Part shown: one piece after another, positions 40,005 to 50,453 of the stretch
How positions within the stretch are numbered: the first letter of the stretch is position 1
How the letters are laid out: each line of letters starts with the position of its first letter
Origin: Nitrosopumilus sp.
Lineage (GTDB): Archaea > Thermoproteota > Nitrososphaeria > Nitrososphaerales > Nitrosopumilaceae
Length of the DNA: 64,000 bases
NCBI GenBank assembly: GCA_965204345.1
Contig: OZ241981.1
Span: 256,001 to 320,000 of the forward strand
Direction: 5' to 3'
The notes under the pieces: model-generated
Database searches by the model: none
What the model saw: the letters and a program-made list of their open reading frames with translations, nothing else
What the model was told of the DNA's origin: nothing
Program-made: the position numbers and the translations under genes

Positions 40005-41258
40005 ATGCGGATTCTGCTTGCCATATCCATTGTATCACTTTTTGGAGTTGCCAGTGCATATGCTGAGATTGCCTCCCCCTATGAGCAGCTAAAATCGGGG
40101 GTACCACTCTATGAAATCCAGTGTGAGTATCAAAAGATTCTGTTGGAATCTCCTAGGAACAACAAGCCGGTATGTGTGAAAAGTGATACGGCCGACATAC
40201 TGGTAGAGCGGGGCTGGTTCATGATAAAAATATTTGATGAGCTGCCAACTGCTGAGCTGCCTATGGCAACTACCATCAACCAGACAGAGGGCAGCTCATA
40301 TGCTGTCTCTGATCCTGTACAGACAGAGACATACTATCCTCATCTAAGAGATCCGTATATTATTGCACGTAGTTATGGCGGTATAGACCTATCTGTAATT
40401 GAACCACTTCCTGAAGGTGTCTACCTTCCCACAACCATAGAAAACTATGAGCGCATAATGCAGAAAATACTTGATGGCATAGATGACAAACTGATACTTC
40501 CAAATCCTGAAGGTCCAAGATATGACTATACTCTTGAACCTGCGCCTGGAGGATCTCGAGGACATAAGATGAACTATACATACTATACAGAAAAAGGAAA
40601 CATCATCAGTCCATTTGGCAGTGATAGAATAGAGCTAATAATATTAGAACCTGATGAAATATTCAGGTCAGATTATTTGGATAAAAAATGGGACGAATAT
40701 GACTCCCTTGACCAAAAGGATGAGCTTGCATTTGCCAAAAGTCTAACGGCAGGTCCAGAAGAATTCATACAAAACTTTGTGGAAAAATCAGGACTGCCAA
40801 AGATAGTAAAGATGAACTCTGATTTTGACCGTTCACACATATATCTTGAAAATGGTGAAATAGACATGCGAATGCAATGGAATAACGTGTACATGTATTT
40901 TCTATATAAGGAAGAACCTCACTTTACTCCGTTGTCAAAAGATGTGATGCGTCAATTAATGTATCAGTTTGCTATTGACAATGCACATGTAATAGATCGA
41001 GAAAGGTGTGACAACGTTGATATCCTATATGATAGCAAGGATGATATCAGAAAAGTTTCAATTGCATACTTTCGAGCAGGGATTCCTATATGGAAAGCAG
41101 ATGTAGGAACTTGTGATTCAATTTATGGTACAAATAATACAAGTTATGTACATATTCGCATGGAGGGCATTACAGGAGAGATTGGCTGGTTTGACAAGAG
41201 GATGATAGATGGCTGGATTGACAAGATAAACATTCCAGAACATGCCAAAGTAAGTTAA
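40005..41258 (+). CDS. SPYEQ family copy C
   Basis: Paralog, mosaic of copies A and B. Confidence 0.8.
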   Translation: MRILLAISIVSLFGVASAYAEIASPYEQLKSGVPLYEIQCEYQKILLESPRNNKPVCVKSDTADILVERGWFMIKIFDELPTAELPMATTINQTEGSSYAVSDPVQTETYYPHLRDPYIIARSYGGIDLSVIEPLPEGVYLPTTIENYERIMQKILDGIDDKLILPNPEGPRYDYTLEPAPGGSRGHKMNYTYYTEKGNIISPFGSDRIELIILEPDEIFRSDYLDKKWDEYDSLDQKDELAFAKSLTAGPEEFIQNFVEKSGLPKIVKMNSDFDRSHIYLENGEIDMRMQWNNVYMYFLYKEEPHFTPLSKDVMRQLMYQFAIDNAHVIDRERCDNVDILYDSKDDIRKVSIAYFRAGIPIWKADVGTCDSIYGTNNTSYVHIRMEGITGEIGWFDKRMIDGWIDKINIPEHAKVS

Positions 41259-41373
41259 CCCAGATATGAATATTATCATTACGCCTCAAAAAATAAAGCT
41301 TGATCATCCATGTATGACCAAAAACAGATTCTCAGGATGCAAATTTTGATATACTATTCCTTTTGGACAAGGT

Positions 41374-44300
41374 ATGATGGCTAATTTGTTTGCTCTACTG
41401 CTAACAATATTTGTAGTTATGAGTATCGGACACGCATATGCACAGACATCTGAACTGTTTGTACCCTTGCCAGATAGTGAGCTAGAATCACTTGATGTTT
41501 TTGAGGGCTATAATTTTGAATCAAAGATGGTAGCAATAGATACGCAAATTTTCTCATCAGAACGTATAAGCATTACAATATTTGATGAATCGACAACCTT
41601 CACAAAAGACTCTGTGGAGCATTATGAAGATGGCAACTATCTGTGGAAGGGTTCCAATAATGATGAAGAGACTGCAATGTTTGAAATAAGTGGTACAAAG
41701 GCAGTGGGAATAATAGACACATTAAACAAAACATTCCAAGTGTTTCCTGTAGAGGCCACAACACATGAAGTGTATCTCATTGATCAGTCCCAGTTTCCAC
41801 CAGATACTGTTGTACCGCCAGGTGCAAGTGGTGAGCAATCCTTTGACATGGATAAAATAAATCACTTGAAGGAATCATACATTGGAGGATTTGATTACGA
41901 TGATGTATTTACCGAAAAACTGGTCATAGATGTATTCATAGCCGCAACTGAGGATGCAGTTAGCGAATTTCATAACTCAATACGTCTCATCGCATCCAAT
42001 GCAATAGATGACACAAATCGTACGTATAGACAAAACAATATTCCAGTTGAACTCAACCTCGTAGATCGTACTAGGATAGATGGATATGTCGAGACTGATG
42101 ACTTGGAAGATGATCTTGATAATTTTCAAACCTCTGATGAGCGTGAATTCAAAACAGCTCGTGCGTTAATAGAACGAGAAGAGGCAGATATTGCAATAAT
42201 GTTTGTTGATAGTATCATTAATGTTGATGATGATGATGTTGATGGTAATGATATTGGTAAAGATTTGAATAACGAATGTTCTAAAACTGCACAACAGCTT
42301 GTTAGAAGTACACGTACAGCATTTGCAGTAGTGGACGTAAAGTGTCTTGCTGTATACTCTGCAACTAATGCAATAGGGCGTATGCACGGGGCAGGATATG
42401 ACATCGACATGGAAAGAAACCCAAATTTCAGTAAGGGTCATGGATATTATGATGCAGGCATTTTCCAAAGAACAATAATGGCATCAAGTGGTGGCAACTG
42501 TGATAGTCCAATTACTCAGGCAAAAGAATCATGTGATAGAAAAAGAGTATGGTCGGATCCATTCAGAAATTTCTTTGGTACGCTCAATAGGGCAGGTGAT
42601 GATGTCAGCTGGAATGCCAGAGTAATATTTGCAACAGCACCACACATTGCATCACTGCGCGGACCGGCACAGACATACGATGACACAAGACCCACAGGCA
42701 ATGTGACACTGCCTCAAAACATACCGCAGAGTGGAAGTCTGGATATTTCTGCAACGTTTAATGAGATTATAAATCCAAATTTTCCGCTTGATGTTACAAT
42801 CACAAACGGCTATACGTCAACTACCGGAACGATGACCCGTACATCAGATACGACCTTTGAATACTCGCATCTGCTTGATGGGGAAGATGGTACATTTGCA
42901 ATATTATTTTCAAATGCACGCGATATATTTGGAAATCCTGTTATCAGGACCCCTACTTCAGGAGGCATGGTAACACTTGATGCAAATAGCATACCTTATA
43001 GGCCAATATCAGGACCAACCACTACCAATTTTGAGGAGAATTTTCAAGGAGGACTGTCAAAGTGGAGGATTACAGGTGATGGCAGAGCATCAACAATTAC
43101 TCCTGATGAAGTCATATTCCCTGCAACCAATACTAGGAACAAAGTATTGGCATCTGATCATTGCAACGGATTATGCATCTTAACGATACCTACCCAGTTT
43201 GATACACGTCAACCACTTACAATATCCTTTGACAGATTTGTAGACAGACTCGTTAGACATGACAATGGTCTTTATGTCCAATATTCTATAAATGATGGAA
43301 CAACATGGACTACGCTTGCCGAATACACCCGCAACAACGACGAGGACACAGACGAATGGGAGCGCGAATACCTGTCTCTGGTAATACCTCAAAGCAGTGC
43401 AAAACTGCGTCTGCTAATGGACCTCTCTGAAAATAAAGGCTTTGTAGAAGTAGACAACTTTAAGGTATACAAGCCTACGCCTGCCGAGCCGGACATCATT
43501 CTCAGACCCCATCTTGGCGCGGAGAGAACAAGCATATCATTTAGTTTGATGGAGAGAATTCCAGTTAGGCTGGGTGCCTCTGACTTTGAGATCAGCCATG
43601 GAACAATTACTTCATTGTCTCATCGCGCAAACTCTGCTGCAGTAACGATGCGTGTAGCAGACATTCCATATGATACACAAATTACTGTGACATATACGGG
43701 ACCAAGCATTCTGATAAATAGAGCATATCTGAATTCGGGTACCAGCGGAGTTACAAACATCGTACCAACGCCTGCTACTATGCCCGAAATAACTGCACCA
43801 TCAGATAAGACAATAGAGGCAACAGGTGCACTTACACGTCTTGCCGCAGAACAGCTTGGAACACCGGCGGTAACAGGTAACAGACTCTTGCCAGTAACAA
43901 ACAATGCACCAAGAGATTTCCCACTGGGTGATACGACAGTAAGGTGGACTGTAACTGATGCCTCACGAAATTCTGCAACAGATACACAGATTATAACCAT
44001 ACGTGATACCACTCCGCCTGCAATACGGGATGTTACAGACCTGACATTAGAGACTAACACCGGTTCCATTGCAGCAAACTATGCTGTACCTGTTGCAACA
44101 GATACCGTAGACACATCAGTTGACGTATCATGTAATGTTGCAGTTGGAGCAGACCTACCGATTGGAGAGCACATTATAACGTGTACGGCAACAGACGACT
44201 CTAAAAATACGTCTCAGACCATCTTTAGGATAACTGTAATATTTTCTGAACCCATCCCTGACATTCCACCACCTGCAAAGAACGATGACAACATGTGGCA

Positions 44301-45792
44301 TACTGAATCATACGACTTGTCATCTGAATATCTCATAGAGGGTCTACAGATACGCATAACGACACGCAGTAGCGCATCTGATGAAGTTGCAATGATAGAT
44401 AACATGTCGATTCAGAACTTGCCAGCTCGACCGCCTACAAAGAATGATGACAGCACATGGCATACTGAATCATACGACTTGCCATCTGAATATCTCATAG
44501 ATGGTCTACAGGTGCGCATAACAGCACGCAGTAGCACGTCTGATGAAATTACAATGATAGACAACATGTCGATTCAGAATTCGGCACCTCAGCCGCCCCC
44601 CGTCACACCATCGGCATACTCCATATACGTAGCTGACACTGATGATCGTGAGGTACTTGCATATTCTGAGGACGGCACTTTTCTTGACGAGATAGTTACA
44701 CGTAGGTCCGGAGGCCTAGACAAGGTGTGGAGTGTCGCATTTGGGCCTGACGGAGACCTGTATGCATCTGACAACACCCACAGCAAGATACGCAAGTATG
44801 ACGGTGCCACAGGTTCCCCACTGTCATCAAGTTCCGGATGGGCATCAACTATCGGAAAGCCCTACGGAATTACATGGAATGGCAACACACTGTATGTTGC
44901 AACATCTACCGGGATCGAAAGATTCTCCGCATCAGGCACATCACTTGGATACTTTGGTGATGCATTTCGCACATCATCTAGCGAACTGTTAACCCCGTAT
45001 GACTTGGCTTTTTGTTCTGATGGACGCATGTATGCTGCAGACAGAAGTGCAGGCAAGATATTTTACTATAGGGCAACAGACGGCGCCTATCTTGGCGAGA
45101 TATCCAATACGGGTCCTCTAATCACATCCCGCGCAGCAGGAATAACATGCGGACCTGCCATTTATGGCTCTGGAGACAGCCTGTATCAGAGCGGTGATGA
45201 TGGAGGACGCATCAACGAGATAAGCTTATCTAGACACTCACTGGTTAGAGAAATCACGACATCAGTAGATGAGCCATATGGCATGGATATGGACAATGCC
45301 GGCAACCTGTATGTAGCAAACCACGATGACGATAACATACTAAAGATTTCCTCAAACAGAGTAATCTCTGTATTTGCATCAGGATTTGATGATCCTCACG
45401 ATGTCACTGTCGGACCAGAGTATAGTGCCGGTGCGGGAGGAGGCTCTGCAGGCGGCTTGGCAGAAGGGGAAGACACCGGAAAGGAATCAAATGACTCGCC
45501 TGAGATTCAACTGATTTACAACGGTACAACAGTATACGAGCCCGTATCCATATCATCACAAGTCACATTTGAGGTGCAGGCAACTGACACTGAGGGAGAT
45601 GCAATAACCATTGGCATCATACCTGATGGAATTCCAGAAGACGCAATATCGATAACTGACAACGGAGACGGCACTGCTGCAATATCAATCAGCCCTGAAA
45701 ACATACCTGTTGCAGGAACGCACGTCTTTTGGGTTACAGTATCTGATGCGGATAATTATGACAGGGAACCATACGCGGTAATCATACCCTGA
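41374..45792 (+). CDS. Giant secreted protein: inactive M12B-like domain, HYR, NHL-like beta-propeller, cadherin-like tail
   Basis: N-terminal ~880 aa near-identical to 23093-28138; VAFGPDGDLYASD and PYGMDMDNAGNLYVAN repeats. Confidence 0.82.
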   Translation: MMANLFALLLTIFVVMSIGHAYAQTSELFVPLPDSELESLDVFEGYNFESKMVAIDTQIFSSERISITIFDESTTFTKDSVEHYEDGNYLWKGSNNDEETAMFEISGTKAVGIIDTLNKTFQVFPVEATTHEVYLIDQSQFPPDTVVPPGASGEQSFDMDKINHLKESYIGGFDYDDVFTEKLVIDVFIAATEDAVSEFHNSIRLIASNAIDDTNRTYRQNNIPVELNLVDRTRIDGYVETDDLEDDLDNFQTSDEREFKTARALIEREEADIAIMFVDSIINVDDDDVDGNDIGKDLNNECSKTAQQLVRSTRTAFAVVDVKCLAVYSATNAIGRMHGAGYDIDMERNPNFSKGHGYYDAGIFQRTIMASSGGNCDSPITQAKESCDRKRVWSDPFRNFFGTLNRAGDDVSWNARVIFATAPHIASLRGPAQTYDDTRPTGNVTLPQNIPQSGSLDISATFNEIINPNFPLDVTITNGYTSTTGTMTRTSDTTFEYSHLLDGEDGTFAILFSNARDIFGNPVIRTPTSGGMVTLDANSIPYRPISGPTTTNFEENFQGGLSKWRITGDGRASTITPDEVIFPATNTRNKVLASDHCNGLCILTIPTQFDTRQPLTISFDRFVDRLVRHDNGLYVQYSINDGTTWTTLAEYTRNNDEDTDEWEREYLSLVIPQSSAKLRLLMDLSENKGFVEVDNFKVYKPTPAEPDIILRPHLGAERTSISFSLMERIPVRLGASDFEISHGTITSLSHRANSAAVTMRVADIPYDTQITVTYTGPSILINRAYLNSGTSGVTNIVPTPATMPEITAPSDKTIEATGALTRLAAEQLGTPAVTGNRLLPVTNNAPRDFPLGDTTVRWTVTDASRNSATDTQIITIRDTTPPAIRDVTDLTLETNTGSIAANYAVPVATDTVDTSVDVSCNVAVGADLPIGEHIITCTATDDSKNTSQTIFRITVIFSEPIPDIPPPAKNDDNMWHTESYDLSSEYLIEGLQIRITTRSSASDEVAMIDNMSIQNLPARPPTKNDDSTWHTESYDLPSEYLIDGLQVRITARSSTSDEITMIDNMSIQNSAPQPPPVTPSAYSIYVADTDDREVLAYSEDGTFLDEIVTRRSGGLDKVWSVAFGPDGDLYASDNTHSKIRKYDGATGSPLSSSSGWASTIGKPYGITWNGNTLYVATSTGIERFSASGTSLGYFGDAFRTSSSELLTPYDLAFCSDGRMYAADRSAGKIFYYRATDGAYLGEISNTGPLITSRAAGITCGPAIYGSGDSLYQSGDDGGRINEISLSRHSLVREITTSVDEPYGMDMDNAGNLYVANHDDDNILKISSNRVISVFASGFDDPHDVTVGPEYSAGAGGGSAGGLAEGEDTGKESNDSPEIQLIYNGTTVYEPVSISSQVTFEVQATDTEGDAITIGIIPDGIPEDAISITDNGDGTAAISISPENIPVAGTHVFWVTVSDADNYDREPYAVIIP

Positions 45793-46205
45793 GAAAGAAG
45801 ATTCTGATAGCTGCTGTTGCTACAATAATCATTATTTCTGCAGATAAGATTAACCCAGCTAAATGACCAGATAAGAGCTGATAGCTGCTGTTGCTACAAT
45901 ATCATTATTTCTGCAGGTACTGTCCTTGTCTTCCAATATTATCCTACACTGCCACAAGCTATGATTTTGACTTTGTATTCAAATTAAACTCCGCAATGGC
46001 AGAGAACTCTTTTGTTCGTCTAAGCCTAGATAAAGCCATATATTCTCATGGAGAGCCAATCACGATAACTGTACTCGACAAGTCACCATACACGTTAACA
46101 CAAAACGGTTCCAATAAGGGGATCTATGTATTTGATGTATCTGGACATTACTCTGGTAATTGTGGTTACTATCATGGTTTGAGTCGTGAGATGATAAGTT
46201 CCTAG
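45790..46205 (+). pseudogene. Disrupted secreted-protein gene with duplicated signal-peptide segment
   Basis: About 40-bp direct repeat at 45804-45843 and 45878-45916 (LIAAVATIIIISA); downstream LSLDKAIYSHGEPITITV. Confidence 0.5.
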
Positions 46206-46407
46206 ATCCCCACACATCTATTTCCCCTATGCACCAACCACCTCCTGAATGTGGAATTATCAGAATAAGTCATAACATGATGTAAATATAGGGGAATCAA
46301 TGCGACAGGGATTACCTCTTGAACATACTAGTCTATCTGTCTATGCAACCATAAATCCTCCCCCAATCAATAATGATAAATAACCTCAATTATGACTGTC
46401 GTCTATA

Positions 46408-48690
46408 TTGAATTTAAAAACAACATTGCCGATCATAATTTTCTCACTAGTATTTTTACTTGTATATCCCCCAGAGTCCGCATCCCAGACTGACGATGAC
46501 AAACAGTTTGCAGTGCCAGGCAACCTTATCCCAGATGACAATACACTAGGCCCTGTTGCAGATGTGGATATACCAGCCAAGTTTGATGGCGGTTTTTATG
46601 ATAAAATTCAGAGTATCATATCTGATGTACCCCAAGATGGCGACTATGGCGTACATGACGGTACACGATACTATGATGTCCTAATTATAGTGGCCAGAAG
46701 TGATGACAAAAATGCAGAAGAGACAGCACGCGAGAACAAGGATATAATATTACAGAAGCTTGATCTTCTTGGCGCACGCAACATAGCGGCAGCAGAGTCA
46801 CTCTCATTTGTAACTGCATCCATCCCGGTTGCAGACGTTCCGGGACTCTCACTTTATGACGAGGTTTATGCCATGGGGGATGGTGAAACCCCAGTAACTC
46901 TAGAGATTGATACGACTAGGGGAACCGTACATGCAACTCCAAACGAAATTCGTACCGCAGCAGCTGGCACCAATCTCGATGGCAGTGGAGTTGTTGTGGC
47001 AATAATTGACAGAGGCATCAACCACAACATTGCATTTAACAACAGAATCATTGACCGTGTAGAGTGCGATGATACGTGTGAGCCTGCAACTGCTGCTAGT
47101 GTGATCGGCGTTAATAGCACTAATGATCTTTCTCCAGATTTTGCATCCCATGGTACACATATAGCCCAAGTTCTTGCCGCATCAGGACTTCCACATCATA
47201 ACGGCATTGCCCCAGGTGTAAAACTTTTGGATGCCTCAATTACCAGGCACACTGTAGATCAGGATAACAATCGTGCCTTCATTAGTGCAAATAGAAATGA
47301 TGTGGTACATGCCCTTGATTGGTCTCTCAAAAAAGGAGCCGACATAGCAACCACGAGTTTTGGTTTTGGAATCTGCAATGAAAATTCTGCAAACACAACC
47401 AACCTCATCACAAATGAGGCAGTTGACAAGGGAATGATTGTGGTATCATCTGCAGGAAACAGAGGCATAATTTATGGAGCACCAAACCAGCCAGTTTATC
47501 AATCTATAACTCATCCCGGATGCGGACACAATGAAATTACCGTAGGCGGAATAAATGATCGTGGTGAAACAATAGAAAGGGCAAGCTTTGCAAGCAGGGG
47601 TCCAGCACCCGGAACAGTCCTGCTAAAGCCCGAGATAGTTGCACCTGCGATACGTCTTCAGACACTGGACAATGTTGCAGATGCTGACACTTTTAGTCCT
47701 CGGTCCGGAACCAGCCTTGCCAATCCCCAGGTAAGTGCAACTGCTGCCCTGTTGCTACAGGCAGAACCTGATCTGACCCCAGTTGAGATAAAGGCCGCAC
47801 TTCTTCTTGGGGCTGACTGGCAGGGTCCAATCCCTTGCACGTCTGCACAGTATGAGAAAAACAATCCCAACGACAATTGTTCTTATGCCAGACAGCCATC
47901 TAACACTGCTGAGAGAAACAATTCTGGATCCCTTCAAATACTAAACAATGTGGGCTTTGGCATACTAAACACTGCAGAGTCACTCAGGTATGCTCAAAGT
48001 TCATCATCATCCCATATAATATCAGACAAACTTGTGTCAAATACTGACACAAAGCAGTACCGGTTTACCGTACAGGACACATCAAAACCGGTAAAAGTGA
48101 TACTGTCATGGCTGGTTCATCCGCATGGCAGCATCGCCGGACAGTTGACTCGTACTCACATAGCAGTTCCTATTACAAATTTGGATTTTACAATAACGTC
48201 TCCGGATAATACCACAATACGGGCAACATCAGACCACCAGACAAACGAGTTTGCAGTGTTTACTCCTACCAGCACCGGAACGTACACCGTAACAGTTAGC
48301 GGCTCAAACATTGATGACATAGACGAGCCGGTACAAGACTTTGCACTGGCAAGCACCAACCCTCTTACACTCACATCAACTACAATATCTGAGGATTTTG
48401 GAGATCTCGACAACTGGACTCAGAGCGGAGATTCCAACTGGACAATTCGCACACCATCTACTATAGTACCTGACAGCCAGTCAGGCAACACAGTAGCTTA
48501 TGCCTCAGACTGTGATAGAACATGTACAATCACGCTATCTCCTGTGGATTTGTCCTCCAGACAGTCAGGCCATCTCACATTTGACAGGTTTGTTGGCTCC
48601 GGACTGGATGCCGGTGAATATCTCAAAGTCGAGCTGTATGATGGCCGCACATGGAATACAATATTTGACTGGCAGGCATCAGCAGACTAG
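46408..48690 (+). CDS. Secreted subtilase (S8), inverted paralog of 35530-37848
   Basis: AIIDRG, SHGT, SSAGN, KPEIVAP, SGTSLANP. Confidence 0.88.
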   Translation: MNLKTTLPIIIFSLVFLLVYPPESASQTDDDKQFAVPGNLIPDDNTLGPVADVDIPAKFDGGFYDKIQSIISDVPQDGDYGVHDGTRYYDVLIIVARSDDKNAEETARENKDIILQKLDLLGARNIAAAESLSFVTASIPVADVPGLSLYDEVYAMGDGETPVTLEIDTTRGTVHATPNEIRTAAAGTNLDGSGVVVAIIDRGINHNIAFNNRIIDRVECDDTCEPATAASVIGVNSTNDLSPDFASHGTHIAQVLAASGLPHHNGIAPGVKLLDASITRHTVDQDNNRAFISANRNDVVHALDWSLKKGADIATTSFGFGICNENSANTTNLITNEAVDKGMIVVSSAGNRGIIYGAPNQPVYQSITHPGCGHNEITVGGINDRGETIERASFASRGPAPGTVLLKPEIVAPAIRLQTLDNVADADTFSPRSGTSLANPQVSATAALLLQAEPDLTPVEIKAALLLGADWQGPIPCTSAQYEKNNPNDNCSYARQPSNTAERNNSGSLQILNNVGFGILNTAESLRYAQSSSSSHIISDKLVSNTDTKQYRFTVQDTSKPVKVILSWLVHPHGSIAGQLTRTHIAVPITNLDFTITSPDNTTIRATSDHQTNEFAVFTPTSTGTYTVTVSGSNIDDIDEPVQDFALASTNPLTLTSTTISEDFGDLDNWTQSGDSNWTIRTPSTIVPDSQSGNTVAYASDCDRTCTITLSPVDLSSRQSGHLTFDRFVGSGLDAGEYLKVELYDGRTWNTIFDWQASAD

Positions 48691-49066
48691 TTGCTGTCAT
48701 CGTCCCTTACCGAACAGTTTTTGCACTCACTCTTGAAAAAGAGGGGTCAAAAACCTATCTTCAAAGAGGTAGAATCATAATTTTCAGGATTTTGTGATCT
48801 TGATTTTTACTAAATCACTTTTGGATCTTAACTAATTTTTTCAAAATAAACTAATTCTAATTGACAACTATCCCACAAAGGATGATCGTCAATCATATTG
48901 TTTCATATGTTTCCTGACCGCCAAATTCAATACTATCAATATGTAAAAAACCAAATGTTACAGTATTGCCTTCAACATCCACTCCTAAAACATCATAATC
49001 CAAACTATATGAACCTGAATTCATACTTGATACACAATAAACAATAATATTTCTGCAAGAAAATAA

Positions 49067-49231
49067 TTACTGCTCAATGGATAGCGTTCCATCACATTGA
49101 CATAACTTGCATTTCCCATTAACAATTTGTGATTTTCTGTCTGCTGTGATTATGTGGTTTCCCAGTGAATGTCCACATTCAGAACAGACACCTTTCTGTT
49201 CCACGCCAATTCCAACTCGTATAGTTTCCAT
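49067..49231 (-). CDS. 54-aa Cys/His Zn-finger microprotein (not in ORF track)
   Basis: METIRVGIGVEQKGVCSECGHSLGNH...GKCKLCQCDG...; purine-rich SD-like sequence upstream. Confidence 0.65.
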   Translation of the reverse strand: METIRVGIGVEQKGVCSECGHSLGNHIITADRKSQIVNGKCKLCQCDGTLSIEQ

Positions 49232-50453
49232 ATCATCCCCTTGCTGTTAAATTTCTGATGCCATGTCTTGGATTATTGCTTGGATAGTTGTTTGTTGGTG
49301 CATATGATAATGTCATACCAGGGGCCAAAAAGCGGATTTGACAATCGCTGAACTACACTTTGGGATTTTTTGCTTACTGGACATCTAAGAAAATCATCTC
49401 TTGCAGTTTGCTGCTAAATTCCGGTGATCAGATCATCAAAATTTACCAACCCTGAATTAAACATTAGGGGCAAATGTCCAGAGTTTTGAACAGTGTGAAT
49501 TTTTTTGAATCTGTCATCACCCTAACTTAACACCCATCACTCGAATTGAACAGTCTGTTTAAAACAGGCAAATGACACTAAGATTGAACAGTGTAAAGAT
49601 TTGTAGTCATGCCCCGCTAACTTACCAGTTCCTCTAAAAAATAATCTTTAAATCATACTGCAATAATGAGATTTTTTTTTTGAATTTGAAATTTCTCTTT
49701 GGTCTCTCTCTCTGTCTTTAGCATTTTGTTTGCAATACCCGTTGGATCTAGATGAATAAGAAACAACTGGCAGGTCCCACTTTCCCTGATTCTAGTTGTT
49801 CTGCTAGTCACACTTGCTGTGTATTATTTGCCTGTTGCTGATTGGATGAGAAGGAGCAGGTATCAGGCACCATGATACCAAGGGTTTAGTCTGGTTTGGA
49901 CTGTCAACTGCGTTTTTAAGCCAGGAAAACAAAGAGATTGTCTGGAACAGAGAGACGTCCATCTATACAGCTGGAACAGACTCTGAAACTCGTAGAGCTG
50001 TTACAAAGGATATGCACCAGATACACAGATGGGAAGACATTACCAACTGCTACTGCTACTGCTACTACTGTTGCTTCCAAGACCGGAACGTTTGCAGATA
50101 TTTTAGATGAATGGTTCTATATCGACTGTACCTGCCAAAACGCTAGCTGGGATTCTTGATGTCCTAGCAGAGTGCATCTTTAGTTATGAGGTGTGCAAGC
50201 ACTTTGAGAGTACAACCCACTTCAAAGACGCACGCAAGTCACACAGTCCGAAGACGGCTCGTATCCTAAAAAAAAGTCCTCATCTCAAAACACCCTGCAA
50301 GGATAACATCTGATGCAAGAGATGAACTTGGGGTTGCACAGGATTCTACAAAGTCAAGAAGGCACAAAAAGACCCTCAAAAAATCAGAAAGGATCTGAAC
50401 CGAATTCTTGACCACCGCTCCTAATCTTTTATGGTGTAAAAGTTACAAAGGAC

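Larger units (their letters stand above)
31897..49595. mobile_element. Element 3: 17.7-kb IS6-like cargo transposon
   Basis: Perfect 131-bp TIRs (31897-32027, 49465-49595); flanked by AAGATTTG at 31889-31896 and 49596-49603. Confidence 0.92.
12268..49632. mobile_element. Outer IS6-like cargo transposon (element 1) with two nested transposons in its right TIR
   Basis: 8-bp TSD TCTAAAAA at 12260-12267 and 49633-49640; 63-bp left TIR 12268-12330 (GGAACTGGTAAGTTAG...) matches the right TIR split into 16121-16154 and 49596-49632. Confidence 0.93.

Noticed and set aside
39050-41258. Diversity-generating retroelement behind the SPYEQ variability
   Set aside because: No reverse transcriptase; differences include indels and are not confined to adenines.
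49938-50420. Short ORFs including a TGCTAC (TATATA-coding) repeat
   Set aside because: Fragmentary frames with no assignable family; the hexamer repeat is too short to interpret.
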